Under the pieces are notes generated by a model. The model saw nothing but the letters and a program-made list of their open reading frames with translations. It ran no database searches and was not told the DNA's origin. Of a stretch of 64,000 nt of DNA, positions 48,031 to 61,200 are shown piece after piece. The first letter of the stretch is position 1. The number at the start of each line of letters is the position of its first letter. The translations under genes were made by a program, and so were the position numbers. Origin of the DNA: Ranitomeya imitator. Its lineage: Eukaryota. The DNA is taken from contig NC_091283.1 in assembly GCF_032444005.1 (NCBI RefSeq), positions 162,254,001 to 162,318,000 on the forward strand, read 5' to 3'.

Positions 48031-48626
48031 ATATTAATAGTGGCAGTTTGCAAATGGTGTGATTTTCATTTATTTAATTTTCAAACTGATAGTGGTGATT
48101 AAACTAAAAATATTTTAAGTCAGAAATATAACCAACCCACAAATTCCAAAGAGGTTTCATAATTATACCTTACACTTAAAAAAGACACTGATGGATTGCA
48201 GCCTGACTTATACTACAGAGCTGCATTTACACTTTTACCAGCATCAAAGCTGAAAACTTTCGCCATTCCGTAGTTAATATATTGTCAACTGATTTAGGAA
48301 AATCAAAGTACCCCACTCCTGTGCTAAAAGAGCTCAGCTAAGGGGGCTTTCTGACACTTGTTTGTTGGCCACATCGGGACTTGCGTCCGAAGCCTCCACA
48401 AAACCGGGATTTGGACATGTTCCAATGGGGCCATAGACTAGAATGGTGCTGACAGCGTGAAAGTGTGCTCTCGCCTGCATTATTTTCAGGCCTGTAACCC
48501 TACTGGAGGCGGCACTCAGACATAGTAGATTGCGGATGCCAGAATGCAGTGTGAAAGCACTCTTTGTTGTTCATGTGCCTGTCTGTAAAAGCAAGCCAAG
48601 AGTTTTCAAAAACTAGTGGAATAGTG

Positions 48627-48820
48627 AAGTGCAGCTCTGGAGTATAATACAGGATGTAACTCAGGATCAGTAATGTAATGTATGTACACAGTGACTACAC
48701 CAGCAGAATAGTGAGTGCAGCTCTGGAGTATAATAAAGGATGTAACTCAGGATCCATACAGGACCAGTAATGTATGTACACAGTGACTGCACAAGCAGAA
48801 TAGTGAGTGCAGCTCTGGAA
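48627..48820. repeat. About 78-bp dispersed minisatellite, 2-3 units between the convergent SLC31A1 and CDC26 ends
   Basis: Same consensus as 44344-45590. Confidence 0.85.
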
Positions 48821-49551
48821 GTATAACATTAAGTGCTATTATACCACAATATAACCGATTCCTGATTTATTTAGCTTGTATTATGTTTTCCCAGTTTAAT
48901 CACCAAAACTGACATCATTGATCCCTACACCGTTGGTAGTTCGGGTCACGCGATTTTGTTACCATCATGCTCCAGTCTGAATATGACCCCAAGCAAAGCG
49001 AATGCAGATTTTTTTTCTGGGCTACATAAGGATTGGTCTGTTGTGCATCATAGTGACCGTTAACCCTGGTGTGTAGAAGGAAGACAAAAAGCCACTGGGG
49101 GAGACGAAGGCTCATAGGGAGAACGATGACTTTAATCAAGGTTCGTGCCTCTGCACTGAACAGTCACTTTCATCAGGTCCATGGATTCTCCCTGGTAATG
49201 GCTGACAATGGGAGGCAAGCAATTGCAGATCAAATATAGATGTTAAAATATCCTTTCTTAAACAGTTATGCCACTAATATAAATTTTTGAAACCTGCATA
49301 TTTCATTTTCTTTTAAATGCCATCCTCCCTCCATGCACCACCCCTGGGGTCCGTATTCTGCAACATTTTGCCTGTTACAATACGTTAATAAATCCAGTTT
49401 TTACATCCAAACCCCAGTTCACTAAAGTAAGAACGTGAAAAACCCCTGTGGGCCACAGGTTTTAGGTGAAATTGCACATTGTTCATCTCTGTTCCAGGAG
49501 CCCCTCCATCGATGGGACAGCAAAGTCTTAGTTGCTGGAGCCCCCCAGATG

Positions 49552-51636
49552 CTAGAACTCAAAGTTTCCAAACTGTGTTGTGTGACTGTTGGGTTTTGGC
49601 TGTGGCTTGTACCCAATCCTATCGTGTATAGTCTGCTCTCGCGTCTTCGCATCGGTGCTGAGGGGGACTGCGGCAGCGTCTGGCTCATTGGATGACAGGT
49701 CCACCTCCTCCCGCTGCTTCTTCCGACTCTGCAGAGAAAAGGACACCGTGATAACAGAAAAAATACTTTTCACAGCTGAGTATCCATCCTAGACCATTTC
49801 CAGCTCTCCTGACCCTGATAGTTTGTTACACTCTATCAGTCTGCGATCACAGAGCATTTTCTGAGATACACCTCCAATCTGGCTTCCGCCCCCACCACTC
49901 CACCGAAACTGCTCTGACCAAAATTACTAAAGACTTACTCACAGCCAAAGCTAACAGACAGTTCTCCATCCTCCTTCTCGACATGTCCTCTGCTTTCGAC
50001 ACAGTTGACCACTGCCTCCTACTACAGATCCATTCTTCCCTCGGCATCAAAGACCTTGTCCTGTCCTGGATTGCCTCATACCTTTCCGACCGCACATTTA
50101 GCGTTTCCCACTCCCACACCACCTCCTCACCCAGCCCCCTCTCTGTTGGAGTCCCTCAAGGCTCTGTCCTGGGGCCCTTGCTTTTTTCCATCTATATCCT
50201 TGGCCTAGGACAACTCAAAAGTCCCATGGCTTCCAGTACCACCTGTATGCGGATGACACTCAGATCTACCTCTCTGGCCCAGATGTCACCTCTTTGCTGT
50301 CCAGAATCCCAGAGTGTCTATCAGCCATATCCTCCTTCTTCAACTCTCGCTTCCTAAAACTCAATATAGACAAAACCGAACTCATCATCTTTTCCCCCAT
50401 CTCACGTATCCCCCCCCTACCACGGCATCACGCTCTCTCCCGCACCTGAAATCTGCCTCGGGGTAACTCTCGACTCTGCCCTGTCCTTCAAACCGCACGT
50501 CCAAACTCTTGCCACCTCCTGTCACCTCCAACTCAAAAAATATTGCCAGAATCCGTTCCTTCCTCAGCCCACAATCTACCAAAACTCTTGTGCATGCCGT
50601 CATCATCTCCCGCCACGATTACTGCAACACCCTCCTCTGTGGCCTCCCCGTTAACTCCCTTGCACCACTCCAGTCTGTCCTCAGCTCTGCTGCCCGGCTA
50701 ATCCACCTCTCTCCTCCCCTCTGCAAATCCCTCCACTGGCTCCCAATTCCCCAACGAATCCAGTTCAAACTACTAACACTGACCTACAAAACCATCCACA
50801 ACTTGTCTCCTCCCTATATCTCTGAACTAATCTCCCAATATCTTCCCTCACGTAATCTCCGATCCTCCCAAGACCTCCTTCTCTCCTCCACACTTATTCG
50901 TTCCTCACACAACCGCCTCCAAGATTTCTCCCGAATATCCCCCATCCTCTGCAATTCCATACCTCAACACGTCCGACTATCCGCCACCCTCGGCTCCTTC
51001 AGACGGAACCCGAAAACCTATCTCTTCAGGAAAGCTTACAGCCTGCAATAACCATTCTGTCGCCTCACCGACCGCCCGAGCTGCCGCCATGTCACCGACC
51101 ACCCGAGCTGCCGCCTCACCACCACCAGTGCTGCAGCACCCCGACCTCCTGTCTCTTCCCCATTATCCCGAAGAATGTAAGTCCGCAAGGACAGGGTCCT
51201 CTCCCCTCTGTACCAGTCTGTCATTGTAAATTTGTTTAGTGTTAATGATATCTATAACCTTGTATGTAGCCTCTTTTCACATGTACAGCACCATGGAATT
51301 AATGGGGCTATATAAATAAATAATAATATACAATTGTAACACACGTGAAACGTTTCCATTCACTGACAGGAAGCACACATTTTTTACACAGTGGTGATCT
51401 GAAATAAAGTATTCTAGAAAAGTGTTACTTATAACGAACCCCTTCATTGTTCTCAGAACGAGAAATCAATTTCTGCAGAGAAATCTCCTCACCACAGGGT
51501 GGCAGTGCAATATCCAAAAGAAGGAGAGGATTTGGGACTATTCTACTCTTCTCACCTCCAGATCTTTCCGGATGTTCTCAAACTCCTCAATGTCATCCAG
51601 TTTCAGCTCCAGGCGGGTGGGCTTCCTGCGTAGCAT
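49552..51636 (-). CDS. CDC26: Anaphase-promoting complex subunit CDC26, 85 aa
   Basis: Exons 51556-51636 ([27 protein letters not shown]) and 49552-49728 (SRKKQREE...[14 protein letters not shown]...QFGNFEF*), GT-AG, phase 0. Confidence 0.97.
49848..51328 (+). mobile_element. 5'-truncated, frameshifted L2 LINE inside the CDC26 coding intron (antisense)
   Basis: RT remnants ([39 protein letters not shown]) and an L2-type 3' end GGGCTATATAAATAAATAATAAT. Confidence 0.9.
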
Positions 51637-51711
51637 CTTATAAACTGCACAGAGGGAAGAGCTGTTAGTATACAGCAGAGTAATGCAGCTATAAGACTAC
51701 TACCCCCATCA

Positions 51712-53570
51712 TGTCTGCTGAGCCATGTATCTAATCCTCTCCTGTGTGATACTGTCTGCTAGGCCATGTATCTAATCCTATCCTGTGTGATACTGTCTGC
51801 TGGGCCATGTATCTAATCCTCTCCTGTGTGATACTGTCTGCTGAGCTGTGTATCTAATCCTCTCCTGTGTGATACTGTCTGCTGGGCCATGTATCTAATC
51901 CTCTCCTGTGTGATACTGTCTGCTGGGCCATGTATCTAATCCTATCCTTTGTGATACTGTCTGCTGGGCCATGTATCTAATCCTACCCTGTGTGATACTG
52001 TCTGCTGGGCCATGTATCTAATCCTATCCTTTGTGATACTGTCTGCTGGGCCATGTATCTAATCCTATCCTGTGTGATACTGTCTGCTGAGCCATGTATC
52101 TAATCCTATCCTGTGTGATACTGTCTGCTGAGCCGTGTATCTGATCCGATACTGTGTGATACTGTCTGCTGAGTCATGTATCTAATCCTATCCTGTGTGA
52201 TACTGTCTGCTGAGCCATGTATCTAATCCTACCCTGTGTGATACTGTCTGCTGAGCCATGTATCTAATCCTACCCTGTGTGATACTGTCTGCTGAGTCAT
52301 GTATCTAATCCTATCCTGTGTAATACTGTCTGCTGAGCCGTGTATCTAATCCTACCCTGTGTGATACTGTCTGCTGAGCCGTGTATCTAATCCTATCCTT
52401 TGTGATACTGTCTGCTGGGCCATGTATCTAATCCTACCCTGTGTGATACTGTCTGCTGGGCCATGTATCTAATCCTATCCTGTGTGATACTGTCTGCTGG
52501 GCCATGTATCTAATCCTACCCTGTGTGATACTGTCTGCTGGGCCATGTATCTAATCCTACCCTGTGTGATACTGTCTGCTGAGCCGTGTATCTAATCCTA
52601 TCCTTTGTGATACTGTCTGCTGAGCCATGTATCTAATCCTATCCTTTGTGATACTGTGTGCTGAGCCATGTATCTAATCCTATCCTGTGTGATACTGTCT
52701 GCTGAGCCATGTATCTAATCCTATCCTGTGTAATACTGTCTGCTGAGCCGTGTATCTGATCTGATACTGTGTGATACTGTCTGCTGAGTCATGTATCTAA
52801 TCCTATCCTGTGTGATACTGTCTGCTGAGCCATGTATCTAATCCTACCCTGTGTGATACTGTCTGCTGAGCCATGTATCTAATCCTACCCTGTGTGATAC
52901 TGTCTGCTGAGCCACGTATCTAATCCTACCCTGTGTGATACTGTCTGCTGGGCCATGTATCTAATCCTACCCTGTGTGATACTGTCTGCTGAGTCATGTA
53001 TCTAATCCTATCCTTTGTGATACTGTCTGCTGAGCCGTGTATCTGATCCGATACTGTGTGATACTGTCTGCTGAGTCATGTATCTAATCTTACCCTGTGT
53101 GATACTGTCTGCTGAGCCGTGTATCTGATCCGATACTGTGTGATACTGTCTGCTGGGCCATGTATCTAATCCTACCCTGTGTGATACTGTCTGCTGAGTT
53201 ATGTATCTAATCCGATACTGTGTGCTGAGCCATGTATCTAATCCTGTCCTGTGATACTGTGTGCTGAGCCATGTATCTAATCCTACCCTGTGTGATACAG
53301 TCTGCTGAGCTGTGTATCTAGTCCGATGCTGTCTGCTGAGCCAAGTATCTAATCCTATCCTGTGATACTGTCTTCTGAGCTGTGTATCTAATCCTATCTT
53401 GTGTGATACTGTCTGCTGAGCCGTGTATCTAATCCTATCCTGTGCGATACCATCTGCAGAGCCGTGTATCTAATCCTATCCTGTGTGATACCATCTGCTG
53501 AGCCGTGTATCTAATCCTATCCTGTGTGATACCATCTGCTGAGCTGTGTATCTAATCCTGTCGTGTATAA
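51712..53570. repeat. 41-bp minisatellite, about 45 copies, in the CDC26 5' intron
   Basis: Unit TGTCTGCTGAGCCATGTATCTAATCCTATCCTGTGTGATAC. Period checked at 51712 and 51753. Confidence 0.95.
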
Positions 53571-53699
53571 TATCTCCGCTCAGCTCTTGTACCTTATACT
53601 TATGTGTGCTATACCAAAGTTTATCCCCTGAGCCTTGATATTAGATACAGTTTTCATGGATGCATCTCAGCTGTACCTCTTTCGCACTCTGTCCAGGGC

Positions 53700-53900
53700 A
53701 CATCACCCTCCTCGGTCTCCTCACCTGACCTGTCCTGTCCTCCTGGCACCACAGCTACTTCCGCCCTCTCTTCTGACTTCCGGTGTCCGTCATTTCCCCC
53801 CTCTGATGACCCGGAAACGGTTACTGTAACGTGTAGAGGCTGTTGGAGGTGGAGAGCGGATAATTAGCGTTATTTCTCCGGTAATTCCTGACATTAATCT
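53700..53900. promoter_or_regulatory. Bidirectional promoter of CDC26 and PRPF4, with a probable CDC26 non-coding exon 1 ending at 53725
   Basis: ETS-type motifs ACTTCCGC 53757, ACTTCCGG 53776 and CCGGAAA 53811. Minus-strand donor CAG|GTGAGG at 53725/53724. The only unique CpG-rich segment between the divergent genes. Confidence 0.7.
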
Positions 53901-54094
53901 CCCCGAACCGGCGTCATGTTCTGTCAGGGGAGTCAGCGGCCAGTGGTGACTGAGTCCCTCAGTATAGCGCCTCAGTGCTGTCTGTACCTGCCCCTGCCGT
54001 GTGTAGCCGAGACCCCGGACAGGAAAAACTGCCTCACTCATTATTACTGATATTTAGTGTCAGAGAGACGACATCAACCATGGCGGTGACAGAA

Positions 54095-55690
54095 ATAGCG
54101 GAGCCCCCTAACCTTATACAGGACCCCCCTAACCTTATAGCGGAGCCCCCTAACCTTATAGCGGAGCCCCCTAGCCTTATACAGGAGCTATTAACCTTAT
54201 AACGGAGACCCTAACCTTATAGCGGAGCCCCCTAACCTTATAGCGGAGCCCCCTAGCCTTATACAGGAGCTATTAACCTTATACAGGAGCCCCTAACCTT
54301 ATAGCGGAGCCCCCTGACCTTATAGCGGAGCCCCTAACCTTATACAGGACCCCCCTAACCTTATAGCGGAGCCCCCTAACCTTATACAGGACCCCCCTAA
54401 CCTTATAGCGGAGCCCCCTGACCTTATAGCGGAGCCCCTAACCTTATAGCGGAGCCCCTAACCTTATACAAGAGCTACTAACCTTATACAGGACCCCCCT
54501 AACCTTATAGCGGAGCCCCCTAACCTTATACAGCAGCCCCCTAACCTTATACAGGACCCCCCTAACCTTATACAGGAGCCCCTAACCTTATAGCTGAGAC
54601 CCCTAACCTTATAGCAGAGCCCCCTAACCTCATACCGGAGCCCCCTAACCTTATACAGGAGCCCCCTAACCTTATACAGGAGCCCCCTAACCTTATACAG
54701 GAGCCCCCTAACCTTATACAGGAGCCCCTAACCTTATAGCGGAGCCCCCTGACCTTATAGCGGAGCCCCTAACCTTATACAAGAGCTACTAACCTTATAC
54801 AGGACCCCCCTAACCTTATAGCGGAGCCCCCTAACCTTATACAGCAGCCCCCTAACCTTATAGCTGAGACCCCTAACCTTATAGCAGAGCCCCCTAACCT
54901 TATACAGGAGCCCCCTAACCTTATAGCTGAGCCCCCTAACCTTATACAGGAGCCCCCTAACCTTATACAGGAGCCCCCTAACCTTATACAGGAGCCCCCT
55001 AAACTTATACAGGAGCCCCCTAACCTTGTACAAGAGCTCCTAACCTTATACCGGAGCCCCCTAACCTTATACCGGAGCCCCCTAACCTTATACCGGAGCC
55101 CCCTAACCTTATACCGGAGCCCCCTAACCTTATACAGGAGCCCCCTAACCTTATACAGGACCCCCTAACCTTATAGCGGAGCCCCCTAACCTTATAGCGG
55201 AGCCCCCTAACCTTATAGCGGAGCCCCCTAACCTTATAGCGGAGCCCCCTAACCTTATAGCGGAGCTCCCTATCCTTATAGCGGAGCCCCTAACCTTATA
55301 GCGGAGCTCCCTATCCTTATAGCGGAGCCCCTAACCTTATAGCGGAGCTCCCTATCCTTATAGCGGAGCCTCTAACCTTATAGCGGAGCTCCCTAACCTT
55401 ATAGCGGAGCTCCCTAACCTTATAGCGGAGCCCCCTAACCTTATAGCGGAGCTCCCTATCCTTATAGCGGAGCCCCCTAACCTTATACAGGAGCCCCTAA
55501 CCTTATAGCGGTTCCCCCTAACCTTATACCGGCGCCCCCTAACCTTATAGCAGAGCCTCTAACCTTATAGCCACCGCAAACCCAAGGCTCACTAACCTTA
55601 TACAGAAGCCCCCTAAACTTATAGCGGCCGCTGACCATAGGCCCCGAACCTTATAGCTGCCCCTTAACGGAGCCCTGAACCTTATATCCA
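54095..55690. repeat. 21-22-bp minisatellite, about 70 copies, upstream of the first PRPF4 coding exon
   Basis: Unit GGAGCCCCCTAACCTTATA(GC/CA), which contains CCCTAA. Confidence 0.95.
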
Positions 55691-55760
55691 CCCAGAACGG
55701 ACCCCTAATATAATAGACCCTCATTTATGATAGCGTTTTTCCTCTTTCACAGAAGCAGAC

Positions 55761-57275
55761 ATGTCGGACGATGAGGGAGCACCTGTGGTGAAGAAGTCTC
55801 GTATTTTCTACGGCAGTTTGGCAGATAAAGAAAAGGAGCGAATCTCCAAGGGGGAGACGTCTCTGGGGAAAGCCGTTGTGAAGGCCGGCATAGAGTCCGG
55901 GAACATCAATATCGGAGGAGGTGACTGAAACATTGTCTTACCGATACGTTGCTGCTCGTTCTCCAGGATTTATCATGAAAAGTTGTCACTTTCAAATGTG
56001 CATTGTGTTTCTATTTTCAAGATCTTTGCTTGCAGTCAGTGAATAGAATCATTCCTGTTTACATCCAGAGGGTTAAAATTGTTACAGACCTAGCACTGCT
56101 TACAAGCCGAGGGTTTCCTGCAGTTGCAACCAGTCTTGACAATAATCTGACTTCAGTCAGATGCATTTTATCTGCACTGATACATTGTAACAAATCATCA
56201 GCATGTGCACTGCTGCTGGTAAAGGTTTATTTTCAAAATGTCAAGTAATATATTGGAGGTGGGATGACATGATGATCACTGGGACCATTAAATTTTGAGT
56301 AGAGTGGAGATGCGCATGCTTGACCTCTTCAATGTTTATGGAAGGTGTGGTCAGTTATTTCCTGCAGCCCCATAGGCAGTGAATGGAGTAGAGTTCGAGC
56401 ATGCGTATCTCTGCTCTATTTGGGGCAGTGCTGCAGAGCCCCTATCTCGGGATCGCTGGTTATGCCACAGTGGACCCCCTGCAATCAAGTTATCGCCTTT
56501 GCAGAGGAGAGGGAATAACTTGATTTTTCTGTGAAGATAACCAATTAAGCTGGAGGGGTACATAGACTGCATGCAATTGTGACCAACCTTCAGCTGTGAT
56601 AACAGTACAAGTGACCAGCTTCTGAATGTAAATAGGGGTGTCGTTACTCACTGACAGCAAGCAGTGATGTTGAAATTGATCAGAAAAGGAAACGGAAAGC
56701 ATAATAGAAAGTTGCTAAACTTTTTCTATGGAGTCCTCTAATTCCACTTCTTCCTTAGGGGAGTCATTTGACCTTGAAGAACACATCAGTGAGAGACAGG
56801 CGGAAGTACTCGCCGAGTTCGAGCGCAGGAAGCGAGCGCGACAGATCAATGTGTCCACCGATGACTCTGAGGTGAAGGCCTGTCTGAGGGCCCTCGGGGA
56901 GCCCATCACTCTGTTTGGAGAGGGGCCGGCAGAGCGGAGAGAAAGGTGAGAGGATGTGTGCAGTAAAGCCTTTCTGATGTCCTACTTGCGCAGGTGCAGG
57001 TCTCGCTACAGTGTATCACAACAGTCTGTTGTAACAAATCCTGCCCTCGTGTCAGCTGAACACTGAATTTTCCAATTCAATGACTGATGGCAGGGATCTT
57101 GGAACACTTTTCTGAACCCCTTCTGTCAGGCTTCTAGACCTTTCCATCACACAGTGATTGATGTCAAATAATCATTCTGCTTTGCAGGTTGCGAAACGTT
57201 CTCTCTGTTGTTGGCACAGATGCCCTGAAGAAAACCAAGAAGGAAGATGAGAAATCCAAAGCCTCACGGGAAGAG
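55761..57275 (+). CDS. PRPF4: U4/U6 snRNP protein PRP4, first three coding exons (145 aa); gene continues beyond the right edge
   Basis: Exons 55761-55920 ([20 protein letters not shown]), 56759-56945 ([52 protein letters not shown]) and 57188-57275 ([15 protein letters not shown]). The start ATG is inferred; an upstream coding exon is not excluded. Confidence 0.95.
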
Positions 57276-57587
57276 GTATGATGGAGGTCCATATTGGCAA
57301 TTGTATTGTGGTTTTTAATTTTGCATTACTTCAGAGCTCTTTTCACAGTTTTGCAGTTCCAGAGCTGAAATCCCTCTGAAAGCTCCATGCTTGTTCAGCG
57401 TCTGCACTGCTGATTTGATTTGATGGCTTTATCTTTATACCAGGGGCTGTCCAGTTATCTGATGTAGGGAATAATGTCTCCCTGCATTATAGGGCACAGG
57501 ATGGACACAAATGTCTGGTTGGTATCAAGCTTTGTAACTGCTTCCCATAACAACCAGCAGAATATTTAGTATAGTATAATGGACGCT

Positions 57588-57810
57588 GTAACTGAGGATC
57601 AGTACAGGATCAGTAATGTAATTTATGTACACAGTGACTGCACCAGCAGAATAGTGAGTGCAGCTCTGGGGTATAATACAGGATGTAACTCAGGATCAGT
57701 AATGTAATGCATGTACACAGTGACTGCACCAGCAGAATAGTGAGTGCAGCTCTGGGGTATAATACAGGATGTAACTCAGGATCAGTACACGATCAGTAAT
57801 TTAATGTATG
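57588..57810. repeat. About 78-bp dispersed minisatellite, 2-3 units in a PRPF4 intron
   Basis: Same consensus as 44344-45590. Confidence 0.85.
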
Positions 57811-59708
57811 CTCCTGAATCAGCACTATATCTGTCCCCCTCCCTCACCGATGGAAGTGGGGAGTTGTAGTGCATAAGAATACACAAAAAAGACTAACAAG
57901 GGAAGGTGTACAGGAGTAAATGAAAATACCAATCATACAAATATGCACTCACAGAGTGAACACTGGGAAGTAAAGGAAGGAAAATCCAAATAGGGGAGGA
58001 TGAGGATATGCACACAGGCAAATCACCAAGCAAAAGTCTTCTGAAGAACACTCCCAATGTATCCCCAAGCAACCTACACATTCAAACTCCAGGACCATGG
58101 ACTATGAAACAAACACTGGCAATCCCTGATTGCTAGATGCGAGAATATATAGCAGAGGGGAATGGGCAACACTGAACAGCTGAGACAGCTCCAGGAGCTT
58201 CAACTGAACAGATTAATCCCTGTACCGCTAGCAGAAACCTGCTCTGTGTAATATGATGATGAAGTGCTTCTTTCTTTATCGCCTCTCATTGGGGGACACA
58301 GGAACCATGGGTGTATGCTGCTGCCACTAGGAGGCTGACACTATGCAAATAAAAAAGTTAGCTCCTCCTCTGCAGTGTACACCCCACCGACTGGCATTAT
58401 ACTCTTCAGTTTAGCTTAGTGTCAGTAGGAGGTGGACACGGGTCTTTCATTAGACCCTTATCTACCTCAATGTGCGTCGTTTCCTTTACAGGTTTTTTCC
58501 GGATGGGATACAGGGTGAACAGTCACACCTGTAGTCCCACAAAGCGGACTATGAGTACGGCGTGTACTGCCACCCCGTATCCTCATAGATCCTTCACCAG
58601 ACCAAGATCCTAGCACACAAGCGTGCTCAGAAGTCCGGTCCTGGCTCCGTCCCCCACCCACTCGCCTACCAGAGCCTGTCGGTCGGAGGAGACGAGGACG
58701 TCCATCAGCTCCCTGGACGTCTCAAACCCTTTCAAGGTTAGTACCAGCGTGGGATGTTTGGGTGAGTATTTTCCCCCTTCCCATCCCGGATCTTTGTTAG
58801 GGGGGGTTCTTGTTAGGGGCTCCCTGTCGCCTTTCTGTCTTCAGCGAGGGGCCCCCCTTTTAGGCCACCGCGCTCTATCCCCCCAGCACTTTCCGCGGCG
58901 CATTACCAGCGCTGCGGTTCTTACTCTGGGCACATCTTCTGGCGCCGCAGCTCAGCTTCCTCAGCGCGGCAGCCCTGCGGGCTGTCGTGCCGTGTCTCCC
59001 TGCGGCGCATTGCTCTGGCGCCGCAGGAGGTGGTGTTCTGCGGCGCCCTTCAGAGTCGCAGCCCTGCAGGCTGTCGCGCCGCGTCTCCCTGCGGCGCATT
59101 GCTCTGGCGCCGCAGGAGGTGGTGTTCTGCGGCGCCCTTCAGCGTCGCAGCCCTGCAGGCTGTCGCGCCGCGTCTCCCTGCGGCACATTGCTGGCGCCGC
59201 AGGTGGGTGTTTTTTTTTCTGCGGCGCCCTTCAGCGGTGCAGCCTAAGCAGGCTGCGGCGCCAGCCTTCCTCACGCCGCGTTGTTCCGGCGCTTTATTTC
59301 GGCGCCGCGGCTCTTTTTCTCGGCCGCCGGTTCCAAATTTAGGCCCCGGCTTCGGCCGGGGCCTACTTCCGGTTTTCGGCCTCTTCTTTTCCGCTCCTGC
59401 GGGCGGGCTTTTTCCCGCCCGACATACTGCGCCCTGCCCACCGGCGCCTCTGCGTCTGGCTCCGCCCCCCTTCCTCGTGGGACTCTCAGCTGGTGTGCGC
59501 CGCTTCACACAGCAAGCAGCCCTCGCAGCACCTCACGCAGCGCGCCACGCTCCTTCGCCCGCATCTTCTGTGGGCTCAGCATCGCAAGAATACAGCAACA
59601 AGTGGGACATCTTCCAGGACCGGGTCCGTGAGTAGCTGCACTGCAGACTGACACCCTTCTCTGCCCCACTGTCCCCTAACCCACTGGCATCTTCAGGGAT
59701 CTCTCAAA

Positions 59709-61200
59709 ATGTCTTCTAAAGGGGGCCGCTCTCGCCCCCCTACCTCTTCATCTTCTGCCTTAGTCACGTACTTTGCATGTTCGTCCTGTAACAGCAAACT
59801 TCCCTCAGGTCAGTCCTCTCCGCTGTGTCAGTCCTGCAGCAACCCGATTGTTCCCACCGCCCAGGATCCCCCGACTGTTCCGCCCGAGAGTGATCCCCCC
59901 CATCCCAGGCTGGGCCGCTTCTCTGTCACAATCGGTGGCCGATTTAACACGGGTATCTCAAACCTTGGTGTCCGCGCTGGATCGGTTACCCCTGCAGACC
60001 CCTGCCGTGGCCAGCGGGTCGCAGGAACCGCCACCCGAGACCTCCTTGCCAAGCTATAAAAGGTCCAGACAGGAACGTCGGTCTGAGTCCTCTTCGCGTT
60101 CCATCTCGCCGCCCGGCCCTCCCCCGCGGTTGGTGTCGCACCGTTCCTCCTCCCCTGAGTCAGGCGAGGCTTTATCTGATGCGCCCTCAGAGGAGATTTC
60201 GGAGCTGGATCCTAGCCAAATCGCCACCATGAGTGAGTCGGTCCAGAACCTCATTCGGGCTATAAACCAAACCTGTGGCATTAAGGATCCCTCTACGGAA
60301 CCCGCAGATCAGGCGGTTTCGTTTAGACGGGCCAAACCACCTTCAAAATTTTTTGCTCCTCATCCTGAATTCGAGGAAATCCTGGCCAGAGAGAGAGAGA
60401 ATCCGACCAGACGTTTTCAGAGGGGAAAACGCCTGCAGGTGTTATATCCTTTTTCACCAGATCTTACCGCCAATTGGACGGTCTCTCCCTCGGTGGATCC
60501 CCCTGTTTCCAGGCTGTCCACCAACACGGTGCTTCCACTGTCCGGCGGAGCGTCTCTGAAGGATTCTAACGACAGAGTTATAGAATCCTTCGCGAAATCT
60601 GCCTTTGAAGCGGCTTCAGCAGCGCTATGCCCAGCCTTTGCTTCCACTTGGGCTTCAAAATCCATCTCAAAATGGGCCAAGGATCTACGGCGAGGTATCC
60701 TGGACGGGGCTCCTCCCGCGCAATTAGCGGAACTTGCCAACCAGATTTCCCACGCGGGTGAATACCTGGTTTCCGCCTCCCTGGATGTCGCCTCTTGTGC
60801 GGCTCAGGCTTCCATCAATGCCGTTGCCATCCGCCGGACCGTTTGGCTCAAGGCCTGGCAGGCGGACTTGTCCTCCAAAAAGTCCCTCACTAGTCTGCCC
60901 TTCCAGGGCTCTCGTCTCTTTGGTTCCCAGCTGGACCAGATCATTAAGGACGCCACTGGGGGCACAAGTTCCCTTCTCCCCCAGGCTAAACCTCGTCGCC
61001 CTCCCCCTAGACGGCAGTTTCGCTCGTTTCGGCCTTTTCGTCGCTTCGCTGCATCAAACTCCTTTTCCCAGCAGCAACAGAGGCCACAGGCACGTCAAGA
61101 GAAGAAGGCGGTGTCCTTCAGGCCCACTCCTTCCTGGCGTCCTCGCTATTCCCAGGGTAGATCGTCCAGGCCCAGGACTGGAAGATCCACTTCCGCATGA
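59709..61200 (+). CDS. DIRS B gag-like ORF1 with a +1 frameshift in a C7 run (59895-59901)
   Basis: ATG 59709 frame gives CxxC-x12-CxxC (CSSC...CQSC). The body continues in the 59773..61200 frame (IPGWAASLSQ...RLFGSQLDQII). Confidence 0.82.

Noticed and set aside
57810-58270. Possible LTR remnant flanking DIRS B
   Set aside because: Only one side is visible, and no TG-CA pair or TSD can be verified in this window.
59890-59905. Programmed ribosomal frameshift in DIRS B gag
   Set aside because: A single extra C in a C7 run is more simply a slippage mutation or assembly error; removing it restores DPPIPGW.
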